The notes under the pieces are model-generated. The model searched no databases. It was not told the DNA's origin and worked only from the letters and a program-made list of their open reading frames with translations. This document shows positions 38,057 to 49,923 of a stretch of DNA of 64,000 nt, piece by piece; position 1 is the stretch's first letter, and the number at the start of each line of letters is the position of its first letter. Location: contig CAYZJV010000008.1 of the NCBI GenBank assembly GCA_964478945.1, positions 2,823 to 66,822 of the forward strand, read 5' to 3'. A program made the position numbers and the translations under genes. The stretch comes from an uncultured Spirochaetaceae bacterium (lineage in GTDB: Bacteria > Spirochaetota > Spirochaetia > Sphaerochaetales > Sphaerochaetaceae).

Positions 38057-39931
38057 GTGATGACAGTGAAAAGAAAAGCAGTCACCATCCTCTTGTTCCT
38101 GATTGCAGGCTTCTCCCTCTTTGCTGCCACAGGCTATTCAATAGAAGCGCTGTCCAGCGACATCACCGTTTCACCAACCGGTGTGTATGAGGTCGCCGAG
38201 CGGATTGTGATGGATTTCTCCCAACCCCTGCATGGCTTTTATCGGGTCTTGCCGGTCTATTATGCCTTCGAAGACTCTTCTCGGGAAGATATCCGGGTGA
38301 GGGTGACCAAGATCAAAGCGAGCGATACCTTGAGTGTGACCCGTGGTGGAGAGTATCTGTCCATCAGGGTGGGGGATGCCGATAGGACCGTTGTCGGAAG
38401 GCAAGAGTATGCCATCTCCTACCATTATGATATCGGACCGGATGCGAACGATGGATACGATGAATTCTATTTCAACATCGTTGGCGAGGATTGGGAGGTT
38501 CCCATCAAGGACTACTCGTTCTCGATTCGGTTTCCGGCTCCCATCGCACGGGATTCCATTTCCTTCTCACGCGGCTATTGGGGCTCGACCACTGCTGAAG
38601 GGGTGACATGGAACCTTTCTGCCGACAAGACGGTGCTTTCCGGGCATACCACGGTGTTGAATCCCGGGGAGGCGGTTACCGTGCGGGTGGAGATGCCAGA
38701 CGGCTATTTCGTGGAGCGAACCGATTGGCAAGCCTACTATAGGATCGGTCTTCTCGTGGTTTCGTTGTTACTCGTCGGCTTTGCCTACATCATTTGGTTC
38801 CGCTACGGACGGGACAAGGATCTGATCGTTGTTCCCAATCATGAACCGCCGGAAGGAATGAGTCCAATGGATGCGGGGTATGTGATCGATGAATCGCTCG
38901 ATCCCCGTGATGTCACCTCGATGATCTTCCACTGGGCCGACAAGGGGTGCCTCACGATTGTCGAGGAGGGGAAGGATTTTTCATTCATCAAGGGTCATGA
39001 TCCCAAAGGAGCCTCCAGGCATGAGCAACAGTTGTTCAAGGATTTCTTTGCCAATGGGAGCAATGGGATCGTGAAGGCGAAGGATCTGAAGGGGTCCTTC
39101 TATCGCGATTACCAGAAATTGAAAGGTACCGTATCGCGGTTCTATCGCGGTGAGAGGGCCTTGTCGAGTGTGAAATCCAGAAATATGGCGGTACTCTCGA
39201 TGTTGTTCATGTTGTTGCCGTCGATTGGATTCGCGCTTTCCACCACAGGGAACTACCCTGGGGGAGCCACCTTGTTCCTCTCTCTGTTGGCCCTTGCGCA
39301 AGCGATCTCCATGCTTGCGATCTGGCATCTCATGTTCCGTATCTGGCATATCAGAAGATTCGCGGGAAAATTGTTGTGGATGCTGATTCTTCTCACCGTG
39401 CTGGTGGGCGGATGGGTGGTGTTGGCGGTGTCGGGTTGGATTGTCGACTCTCCCCTTGATGATGTGGTGTTCGCAACCACAGTCACTGTCTTGGCAAATG
39501 CAATCATCTCCATGTGCTCGATCATCACCAAACAGAGGAGTGCCTACGGCAGGAAGGTTCTGGAACAGGTCCTGGGATTGAGGGAATTCATCCAGACAGC
39601 CGAGATGGACGAGTTGAAGAAGATGATCGAAACGGATCCGGAGTATTATTATCATATCCTGGCTTTCGCGATCGTGTTGGGCTTGGAACACAAGTGGGCC
39701 AGGAAGTTCGATTCACTTACGGTTGAACCTCCATCGTGGTATGTAGGTTCCTATTCGGTGTGGAATGCCATGGTCGTAAGTTCCATGTTGTCCAGGTGCA
39801 ACTCCTCGTTGACCAGTGCGATGGTGAGTGTTCCGAGTTCCAGTCCGGGCAGCCGCTTCGGAGGCTCCTCGTTCGGTGGAGGAGGATTCTCCGGTGGTGG
39901 CTTCGGTGGCGGTGGCGGCGGAGCATGGTAA
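38057..39931 (+). CDS. DUF2207 membrane protein
   Basis: Signal peptide, YDEFYFNIVG.W, YGRD, LAFAIVLG, Gly-rich GGGFGGGGGGAW C-terminus; follows lemA. Confidence 0.88.
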   Translation: MMTVKRKAVTILLFLIAGFSLFAATGYSIEALSSDITVSPTGVYEVAERIVMDFSQPLHGFYRVLPVYYAFEDSSREDIRVRVTKIKASDTLSVTRGGEYLSIRVGDADRTVVGRQEYAISYHYDIGPDANDGYDEFYFNIVGEDWEVPIKDYSFSIRFPAPIARDSISFSRGYWGSTTAEGVTWNLSADKTVLSGHTTVLNPGEAVTVRVEMPDGYFVERTDWQAYYRIGLLVVSLLLVGFAYIIWFRYGRDKDLIVVPNHEPPEGMSPMDAGYVIDESLDPRDVTSMIFHWADKGCLTIVEEGKDFSFIKGHDPKGASRHEQQLFKDFFANGSNGIVKAKDLKGSFYRDYQKLKGTVSRFYRGERALSSVKSRNMAVLSMLFMLLPSIGFALSTTGNYPGGATLFLSLLALAQAISMLAIWHLMFRIWHIRRFAGKLLWMLILLTVLVGGWVVLAVSGWIVDSPLDDVVFATTVTVLANAIISMCSIITKQRSAYGRKVLEQVLGLREFIQTAEMDELKKMIETDPEYYYHILAFAIVLGLEHKWARKFDSLTVEPPSWYVGSYSVWNAMVVSSMLSRCNSSLTSAMVSVPSSSPGSRFGGSSFGGGGFSGGGFGGGGGGAW

Positions 39932-39935
39932 AGAA

Positions 39936-39968
39936 AAGGACCTGCGGCCCATATGGGTGCAGGTCCTT
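39936..39968. terminator. Hairpin between convergent genes, probable (bi)directional terminator
   Basis: AAGGACCTGC...GCAGGTCCTT stem; upstream A-run gives a T-tail on the minus strand. Confidence 0.7.
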
Positions 39969-39986
39969 CATCAAAGTTTCTTCGAA

Positions 39987-40262
39987 TCAGTCGCGATAGC
40001 TTCTAGTCGGCCGGGGCTTTGCAATTGCTTCGTTCACACGAAGGTTGCGGCCACCGAATTCCTTGCCATCAAGCTGGGAAATCGCAGCCTCTGCAGCTGA
40101 ATCCTCATCCATCTCCACGAAACCGAAGCCTTTGGGGCGGTGGGTCTCACGATCGATGATGATGTTGGCGCTCAATACGGTGCCGTACTGGGCGAACAGT
40201 TCCCGAAGTTCCTCTTCGGTTGTGGCGTAACTCATGTTGCCGACATAGATTTTCTTTGCCAT
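39987..40262 (-). CDS. RRM (RNP) RNA-binding protein
   Basis: RNP2 IYVGNM, RNP1 KGFGFVEM, GRNLRVNEA. Confidence 0.95.
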   Translation of the reverse strand: MAKKIYVGNMSYATTEEELRELFAQYGTVLSANIIIDRETHRPKGFGFVEMDEDSAAEAAISQLDGKEFGGRNLRVNEAIAKPRPTRSYRD

Positions 40263-40488
40263 AAAGCATCCTTCACAGGCCCTTGGCCTGTTTCACTAAA
40301 ATTGCTTCATTCGGCGGCATGCTTGATTCACTTTAATCGGTCTGCTGGAATACGATGAAAACGGTACGAAGAAAACTAGATTAAAAGATACAGCTGCAAC
40401 TCTAAAACGAAAGCACGGTTACCATATCATGGGGTATAAGCTCTGTCAATATCTTGAAAAACGGCATGCTTTCCCCTATATTGTTGCA

Positions 40489-41157
40489 ATGAATATTCTA
40501 GGGCTTGTGCTTTCCCTCGTTTTCATCGGGGTTGTCATCGGATTGGGACTCGTTCTCTCCAAATGGGAGAGGTGCACACCCGAATTTGTGCGCAAATTCA
40601 TCCACATCGGAGTCTCCAACTGGTGGTTCATCCTTATCTGGAGCACCGACTCCCTGGCCTTCGCGCTCGTGGGGCCGATCCTCTTCATCATAGCCAACGG
40701 AGCCGCTGTGGCGACCGGAGCCGCAAATGTGCTCGGTATCAGTGATCGGAGAAGAAATCTCGGATTGGTCTATTTCCCCATCTCCCTTCTTGTGATCGTC
40801 TTGCTCGGTTACAATGGCATCATACCCCTGTGGGCGTGCGGAATGGGTGTGATCACCATGGGATATGGTGATGGTCTGGCAGCCATACTGGGCAAGCATT
40901 ATGGAAAGCGCAAGATTCGAGGAGACAAATCGATTGTCGGAACCGTGGTGATGTTCGCGGTAACCCTAATCGTGGTCGCAGCCTTCTCGATTTCGTATCG
41001 GATTGCGGGACTCTGGAGTCCCTCTTGGTGGATTTCCATCATCGTGGTGGCCTTGGTGGCCTCGCTTCTTGAAGCCTACACTCCCCATGGATTGGACAAC
41101 CTCACGGTTCCGCTGGGAACCATGGTGGTGGCGCACCTTCTTCTGGGAGGAGTATGA
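40489..41157 (+). CDS. Phytol/dolichol kinase-like (CTP-transferase) membrane protein
   Basis: RKFIHIG, GYGDGLAAILG, KSIVG, DNLTVP. Confidence 0.85.
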   Translation: MNILGLVLSLVFIGVVIGLGLVLSKWERCTPEFVRKFIHIGVSNWWFILIWSTDSLAFALVGPILFIIANGAAVATGAANVLGISDRRRNLGLVYFPISLLVIVLLGYNGIIPLWACGMGVITMGYGDGLAAILGKHYGKRKIRGDKSIVGTVVMFAVTLIVVAAFSISYRIAGLWSPSWWISIIVVALVASLLEAYTPHGLDNLTVPLGTMVVAHLLLGGV

Positions 41158-41972
41158 GTTCGGGCGTGTGGCTCTACCTTATCCCCTTTGGTGTGAATCT
41201 TGCGGTGGCCATCGTAGCCTATGTGTTGCATTGGCTGACCCTTTCCGGTGCGCTTTCCGCCCTCCTTGTCGGATTTTTCGCCTTCCGCTTCACCGGTATC
41301 GGGGGTTGGTTCCTTCTTATGCTCTTCTTCATCACCGCAAATATTCTAGGAAAATTGGGCCGAGCGGTTTCCCAAGGTGATATCGAGAAGATTCAGAAAA
41401 AAGGTGGTCGTAGGGATTGGGCCCAAGTGATGGCGAATGGAGGGCTTGCGGGAGCCTCGGCTCTTTTATATGGAATTGCCGGAGGAAGACTCGCACTGGT
41501 GATGTATGGTGCTGCCATAGCAGCCAGTACCGCCGACACCTGGGCAGGAGAGGCGGGAATACTGAGCCGGAAACCACCTGTATCGATTCGAACGTTCAGG
41601 CCGGTACCGGTCGGAATGTCGGGAGGTATCAGTCCGCTGGGAACCTTCAGCAGCCTTCTCGGTTCCGTCCTCATCGCATTGGCGTGGTACGCTACATTCG
41701 CCGATTATGGTGATGGCTCCTGGATACTCCTCGCGTCCGTTGTGGCGGTGGCGGGAATGATCGGATCCTTGACCGACAGTTATCTCGGTGCGACCCTCCA
41801 AGGACATTACTATGATCCGGAGCGGAAACAGGTGACCGAACATGAACAGAGGAATGGAAAGAAACTGGAGTTGTGCCGCGGCATCAGATGGATAGACAAC
41901 GATGTGGTGAATTTCCTCAGCAATGTCATCGCGGTGTTGGTCGGCTCGGGTTTCAGCCTCATAATTCTTTAG
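41154..41972 (+). CDS. DUF92 (TMEM19/VTE6-like) membrane protein
   Basis: RDWAQVMANG, ADTWAGEAG, G.SGGIS..GT, DSYLGATLQ, DNDVVNF. Confidence 0.9.
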   Translation: MSSGVWLYLIPFGVNLAVAIVAYVLHWLTLSGALSALLVGFFAFRFTGIGGWFLLMLFFITANILGKLGRAVSQGDIEKIQKKGGRRDWAQVMANGGLAGASALLYGIAGGRLALVMYGAAIAASTADTWAGEAGILSRKPPVSIRTFRPVPVGMSGGISPLGTFSSLLGSVLIALAWYATFADYGDGSWILLASVVAVAGMIGSLTDSYLGATLQGHYYDPERKQVTEHEQRNGKKLELCRGIRWIDNDVVNFLSNVIAVLVGSGFSLIIL

Positions 41973-41981
41973 GAGGAATAG

Positions 41982-43115
41982 ATGAAGAAGTTTCTGTTGA
42001 TCCCCGATTCGTTCAAGGGGACCATGAGTTCGACACAAATCTGTTCGATCATGGAAGAAGCGATCCACAGGTACTATCCCGAATCGACGGTGGTGTCGAT
42101 ACCTGTGGCCGATGGTGGAGAAGGAAGCGTGGATTCATTCCTTACCGCGATGGGCGGGGAACGTGTCGTTGTGGAAGTCACCGGGCCCTATTTTGGGAAG
42201 ATGGAGGCCTTCTATGGCATTGTCGACGGCGATACCGCAGTGATCGAGATGGCCGCATGCGCCGGATTGCCTTTGGTCGGGGATGACAAGAGGACTCATC
42301 AAGCCACCACCTATGGTGTGGGGGAATTGATGCTGCATGCCGCCCGCAGGGGGTGCAAACGCATCATCGTCGGACTTGGAGGGAGTGCCACCACAGATGG
42401 TGGAACCGGAGCCGCAGCTGCATCTGGAGTCGGTTTCTACAACAGGAAGGGAGAGAAGTTTGTTCCAACCGGGGAAACTCTCGCGGAAATAACCCGTATT
42501 GATGAATCGACGCGCGATTCTGTTTTGGATGGAATCGAAATCGTCACCATGTGTGATATCGACAATCCACTTCATGGTAAGCATGGCGCCGCCCATGTGT
42601 TCGGACCCCAGAAGGGTGCCGATGGGAAGATGGTGGAATTTCTCGATGCCCAATTGCGAGCGTTGGGAGAAACCGTGTCGCAGAGTCTTGGGAAAGAGAT
42701 TGCAAACTTGCCTGGTGCCGGTGCCGCAGGAGGAATGGGGGGAGGCATGGTCGCCTTCTTCGATGCGAAACTGGAAATGGGAATCGATGTGGTGCTCGAT
42801 ACCGTCCGCTTCGACGAGCTGCTCGAAGGTGCCTCCATGGTCTTCACCGGTGAGGGGAAACTCGATAGCCAGAGTCTGAGAGGCAAGGTGGTGATGGGAA
42901 TTGCCCGCCGCACCAAGCGCCAGGATGTGCCTTTGGTTGCTGTGGTAGGCGATATCGGGGATCCCATCGAAGGAGCCTATGATGGAGGCGTGTCGGCCAT
43001 ATTCAGCATCAACAGGGTTGCGAAGGATTTCAAGCAGGTGATGGCGAGGGCCCCTCAGGATCTGGCGCTTACGATGGACAACCTCATGCGTTTTCTGCAT
43101 CGGCTGAAGGTGTGA
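41982..43115 (+). CDS. Glycerate kinase (GlxK/GarK family)
   Basis: PDSFKGTMS, ADGGEG, GLGGSAT.DGG, FGPQKGA, TGEG. Confidence 0.93.
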   Translation: MKKFLLIPDSFKGTMSSTQICSIMEEAIHRYYPESTVVSIPVADGGEGSVDSFLTAMGGERVVVEVTGPYFGKMEAFYGIVDGDTAVIEMAACAGLPLVGDDKRTHQATTYGVGELMLHAARRGCKRIIVGLGGSATTDGGTGAAAASGVGFYNRKGEKFVPTGETLAEITRIDESTRDSVLDGIEIVTMCDIDNPLHGKHGAAHVFGPQKGADGKMVEFLDAQLRALGETVSQSLGKEIANLPGAGAAGGMGGGMVAFFDAKLEMGIDVVLDTVRFDELLEGASMVFTGEGKLDSQSLRGKVVMGIARRTKRQDVPLVAVVGDIGDPIEGAYDGGVSAIFSINRVAKDFKQVMARAPQDLALTMDNLMRFLHRLKV

Positions 43116-43968
43116 CCTCCATTTTCTTGAAACCATGATGTATTGCGTTGTGGGGGCACGCGGCGATGCAGTCCCCGCAACGGATGCAGGATGTGCTGTT
43201 CGGTGTCTCGAACACCGGGATATCGAGCTTGCATACCTTCTGGCATACTTTGCAGGAAGTGCAGCTGTGCGCATCGATTTCGAACCTATAGAGCGATACG
43301 GGGTTGAACAGTCCGTAGATCGCGCCGAGTGGACAGACATACCTGCAGAATGGGCGATACACGATGATCGAAGCGAGGATGGTGATTGCGAGGATCAGGT
43401 TCTTCCAAGCGAAAAGCCAACCCGCGATACTTCTGAGTCCCGAATTCCCGGCCAGCAGGAACAGTCCGGACAGCGTTCCCGAAGGACAGACCCATGAACA
43501 GAAATATGGACTTCCCTGTCCAATGATGTCGACCAGGAAGAGTGGGAGAAGTATCACAAACACCACCAACACCAGATAACGGATGAAGGACAGGTACTTC
43601 TCTCCCGGTAGACGCCTTTTCCTTTTCCATCCTTTCGGAAGGGGAATCTTGTGGAGAAGATCCTGAAACCAACCGAACGGGCAGAGCCAACCACATGCGA
43701 AGCGGCCCATCGAGGCCCCGACAGCTATCAGGAAGCCTCCCACATACCATGAGAAGTAGGTCTCCCTTTGACCAATCACCGCCTGCAACGATCCTATCGG
43801 GCAGGATCCCAGTGCCCCTGGGCATGCATAACAATTCAATCCCGGAACGCAGAGGGCCTTGGAATCCCCACGATATATTTTTCCCTCGAGGAATCCCATC
43901 ACATAGGCGTTCGAGATGATTGCCGTCACCAGCTGGATGAGGTTGCGGCGTCTGTGGTGTGCTTTCAT
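43084..43968 (-). CDS. Membrane 4Fe-4S polyferredoxin (NapH/MauN/YccM-like)
   Basis: CGWLCPFG, CSWVCP, CRYVCP, CTSCKVCQKVC, CIRCGDCIAACP. Confidence 0.88.
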   Translation of the reverse strand: MKAHHRRRNLIQLVTAIISNAYVMGFLEGKIYRGDSKALCVPGLNCYACPGALGSCPIGSLQAVIGQRETYFSWYVGGFLIAVGASMGRFACGWLCPFGWFQDLLHKIPLPKGWKRKRRLPGEKYLSFIRYLVLVVFVILLPLFLVDIIGQGSPYFCSWVCPSGTLSGLFLLAGNSGLRSIAGWLFAWKNLILAITILASIIVYRPFCRYVCPLGAIYGLFNPVSLYRFEIDAHSCTSCKVCQKVCKLDIPVFETPNSTSCIRCGDCIAACPHNAIHHGFKKMEVTPSADAENA

Positions 43969-43972
43969 CACT

Positions 43973-44137
43973 CTAGCCAAGACCGATACACTCCAAACAG
44001 ATCACGGTGGCTTTCTTGAGCACGACGAGCGCTTCTCCATTGGACACGCCTATTCCCAAGGTCACCAGTCCCACCACCAAAAGGATGATGGAGATCAGTC
44101 GAGATCTGCCAATGTCGATTCCATTATGCCTCTCCAT
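43973..44137 (-). CDS. Small membrane CxxC protein (CD1871A-like), 54 aa
   Basis: Below the ORF-track cutoff. Hand translation: MERHNGIDIGRSRLISIILLVVGLVTLGIGVSNGEALVVLKKATVICLECIGLG*. Confidence 0.8.
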   Translation of the reverse strand: MERHNGIDIGRSRLISIILLVVGLVTLGIGVSNGEALVVLKKATVICLECIGLG

Positions 44138-44637
44138 GTCTTCGTATCCCTCGCTCCATAATATGTTTCTCCCACGATGTTGCCCTTGTTGTCAACGAAA
44201 AAGGTTTCAGGGACCACCTGGACATCCTTCAAACGGAGGTTGTAGAGATCTTCGGAGGGAAGAAGATGGGTATAATCGGCACCGGTTTCCTGAATGATGT
44301 ATTTTGCGGTACCGATGCTTTTCGCGAAAGCTTCTTCGTTGGAGAAGTTCACATCGGAAACGATTCCGATGATGTTCACACCTTTTGGTGCAAACTCCTT
44401 CTGCAATTGGGCCAGTGCCGGCATTTCCTCCAAGCATGGGCTGCAATAGGTGGCCCATACGTTGATCATGGTGAGTTCGTAGGGAGCGAATATCTGTTGT
44501 GTCGTCTCCTGGCCCTCAAGGTCGAGAGTCCAGAATTCATGTAGACCTTGTTCTTCCGTTCCAGCTGCGGTTGCGAATCCGATCGTTATGATCATGGTGA
44601 TGACGATTGTCAAGGCCAGTCGGGCAAATGTGCGCAT
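44095..44637 (-). CDS. TlpA-family thioredoxin-like protein (exported)
   Basis: Signal peptide, INVWATYCSPC..EMP, VPETFFVD..G; ATG 44637 after GAGGT. Confidence 0.9.
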   Translation of the reverse strand: MRTFARLALTIVITMIITIGFATAAGTEEQGLHEFWTLDLEGQETTQQIFAPYELTMINVWATYCSPCLEEMPALAQLQKEFAPKGVNIIGIVSDVNFSNEEAFAKSIGTAKYIIQETGADYTHLLPSEDLYNLRLKDVQVVPETFFVDNKGNIVGETYYGARDTKTWRGIMESTLADLD

Positions 44638-44707
44638 GATGTACCTCGCTACTAATATATTAGTGGAACAATACCAAGAGAGGCTGATAGAGGCAAGTAC
44701 GTTGTGC

Positions 44708-47478
<2,771 letters not shown>

Positions 47479-47504
47479 GCCCTTTGTATACAAACAGTAC
47501 AGTC

Positions 47505-47543
47505 AAGGTGGATTCCGGGACTTCCTTGGGGTCCACCTTTTTT
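47505..47543 (+). terminator. Intrinsic terminator after groEL
   Basis: AAGGTGGATTCC...GGGGTCCACCTT plus T-run. Confidence 0.8.
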
Positions 47544-47671
47544 CGTTCAACGCCAAATCGCTATTTCCCATCGGTTTTTACAGATAATTGGTAAACTTGA
47601 CTACCTTTGGGGTAACATGGTACGTTAAGCGGTACGAAAAATTCAGAAACCTAGAGTGAGGTTATATTAGT

Positions 47672-48169
47672 ATGAATGCATTGCTGACAACCTTGGGTGC
47701 CCAAGGTACTGCAACCACCTCGGCAAGTTCAACCGGATCCATGACCACCACGTTCATCACGTTTGGTTTGATCATCCTGATCTTCTATTTCCTGATCATC
47801 AGACCGCAGAAGAAACGTGACAAGGAGACCAAGAACATGCTCGCCTCGATGAAGAAGGGTGACAAGGTCGTCTCCATCGGAGGTATTCGTGGAACTGTCG
47901 TGATCGTCAAGGAGACAACCGTGGTTGTCAAGGTCGACGACAACACCAGGATAGAGTTCTCCAAGAACGCCATTGCGCAGATTTTGGATAGGAAGGCTGA
48001 GAACGCAACTGCGAAAGCTGAGAAATCGGCGAAGGCTGAGGCGAAGAAAGAGACTGTCGAAGCTCCTGCCAAAAAGAAGAAGGCTTCTTCGACCAAGGCC
48101 GAACCCGTTGAGGATGCTGTGGTGGTGGAAGAGACTCCTGCGGAATCAGAAACGAAAGAGACCAAATAA
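47672..48169 (+). CDS. yajC: Preprotein translocase subunit YajC (with K/A/E-rich tail)
   Basis: FYFLIIRPQKK and KGDKVVSIGGIRG. Confidence 0.95.
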   Translation: MNALLTTLGAQGTATTSASSTGSMTTTFITFGLIILIFYFLIIRPQKKRDKETKNMLASMKKGDKVVSIGGIRGTVVIVKETTVVVKVDDNTRIEFSKNAIAQILDRKAENATAKAEKSAKAEAKKETVEAPAKKKKASSTKAEPVEDAVVVEETPAESETKETK

Positions 48170-48196
48170 CGACATCGATATCATACGGAGAGCATC

Positions 48197-49921
48197 ATGA
48201 AAAAACGAGGGCGATTGTTCATCGTTCTTCTGGTGGCTGTGGTATGTGGAATTTTCCTCTATCCCACGGTCAAATGGTACGGATTCGTACCTCAGGAGAC
48301 AAAGGATCTTGCGACTGGCTCGATGGTCCAGATTCGGGAGTATGCGCAGGGAAGGGCGACCAGGGACTTGAGGGGACTCAAGGAGCTCATCGCATCCGAT
48401 CCTACCGCGAAATTGCCCGATGGATATGGATTCCTTTTGCCGGTGGTTAAAGAGAATTACAAGTCAATGAAGCGGGATACTCCGCGGGATTGGACCATTG
48501 AAGCGGTATTCAGAGGGTTTGCGAGCGAGCAGGGCTTGTTCGATGCCTTGGAGAACCACTACAGGTCGGAATTGGTCGATATTAAGACATTGAGTGGAAA
48601 CGTGTTGCAGCTTGGTCTCGATTTGCGTGGCGGTATGAGTATTTTGCTTGAAGCCGATACCGAGGCCTACGAGGCAAAGAATGGAACACGACTCTCCGGT
48701 GCTGACGTCACCGCGTTGTTGAATGAGGATATAGCGATTCTGAATGAGCGTATCGACCAATTCGGTGTCACCGAACCCGATATCCGCATCCAGGGTTCCG
48801 ATCAGATCCTTATTGAGATTCCGGGTGCCGCCGATCCGGAAAGGGTGAATTCCTTCCTACGCGGCAAGGGTTCCCTTACCTTCCAGATTGTCGATCAGGA
48901 ACTCACCGATCAGTTGAACACCTATTATTCGGAAAATCCCGGTGAGGTCTATACCGATGCCGGTCAGATCAAGCAACCCGAGTTCCTTTCCGCTGGCAAG
49001 ATTGCAACCGCTTACTATGTGAATGATGAATACGGTTTGGACGAACTCTCGAGCTATGTGGTGCTCAATGAAGAGATCGGACTCGATGGTATCCATATTG
49101 CCAATGCCGTGGTGGGGACAAACCCCATTACCGGTCAACCGACGGTGAATTTCGAACTGGATTCGACCGGTGGTGAGCTTTTCTACAAGTTGACCTCGAC
49201 CAATACCGGCGAGTTGATGGCCGTTGTGCAGGACGGAAAGGTGAAGGCGATGGCAACCATCACCGAGCCTATCCGCAATAGTGTGCAGATCACTGGTTTC
49301 GGTGTGGAAGAGGCGCAAGATCTCTCCATCGTATTGAAGACCGCCGCCTTGCCGATCGAATTGATCGTCGTGAGTCAACAGGGAGTCGGTGCTTCACTCG
49401 GTGAGGATACCGTGCAATCGGGATTGGTAGCGATTTTGATCGGTTTGGCCCTTGTCTTCATCTTCATGGTAGTAATCTACAAAGGGAGTGGCTTGTTCGC
49501 CGATATCGCGTTGTTGTTCAATCTGGTGATACTGCTCGCAGTGTTGTCGGCTTTCAATCTTACTTTGACACTCACCAGTATCGCAGGTCTGGTGTTGACC
49601 GTCGGTATGGCGGTTGATGCAAATGTCATCATCCTCGAACGAATCAAGGAGGAGTTGGCTTATGGAAAAGGTGCCGAAGCTTCGGTGAAGGCAGGTTTTG
49701 CGAAAGCATTCTGGACCATCATGGATGCGAACGTCACCACCATTATCGCGGCATTGGTGCTCTCCCAACTCGGATCGGGTTCGGTCAAGGGTTTTGCGAA
49801 TACTCTTGCGGTAGGTATTGTGAGTTCGATGTTCAATGCGCTGTTTGTGGTGAAGTTGATGTACGACGCATCCCTCTCCGGTAAGCATCCTCGGCTGAGC
49901 ATTGGCTGGAGGAGGAAGTAA
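48197..49921 (+). CDS. secD: Protein translocase subunit SecD
   Basis: LGLDLRGG, RIDQFGVTEP, GMAVDANV.I.ERIKEE, DANVTT. Confidence 0.97.
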   Translation: MKKRGRLFIVLLVAVVCGIFLYPTVKWYGFVPQETKDLATGSMVQIREYAQGRATRDLRGLKELIASDPTAKLPDGYGFLLPVVKENYKSMKRDTPRDWTIEAVFRGFASEQGLFDALENHYRSELVDIKTLSGNVLQLGLDLRGGMSILLEADTEAYEAKNGTRLSGADVTALLNEDIAILNERIDQFGVTEPDIRIQGSDQILIEIPGAADPERVNSFLRGKGSLTFQIVDQELTDQLNTYYSENPGEVYTDAGQIKQPEFLSAGKIATAYYVNDEYGLDELSSYVVLNEEIGLDGIHIANAVVGTNPITGQPTVNFELDSTGGELFYKLTSTNTGELMAVVQDGKVKAMATITEPIRNSVQITGFGVEEAQDLSIVLKTAALPIELIVVSQQGVGASLGEDTVQSGLVAILIGLALVFIFMVVIYKGSGLFADIALLFNLVILLAVLSAFNLTLTLTSIAGLVLTVGMAVDANVIILERIKEELAYGKGAEASVKAGFAKAFWTIMDANVTTIIAALVLSQLGSGSVKGFANTLAVGIVSSMFNALFVVKLMYDASLSGKHPRLSIGWRRK

Positions 49922-49923
49922 TT

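Noticed and set aside
39840-39931. GGT/GGC repeats (also groEL 47434-47475)
   Set aside because: Ordinary Gly-rich protein tails, not DNA repeat elements.
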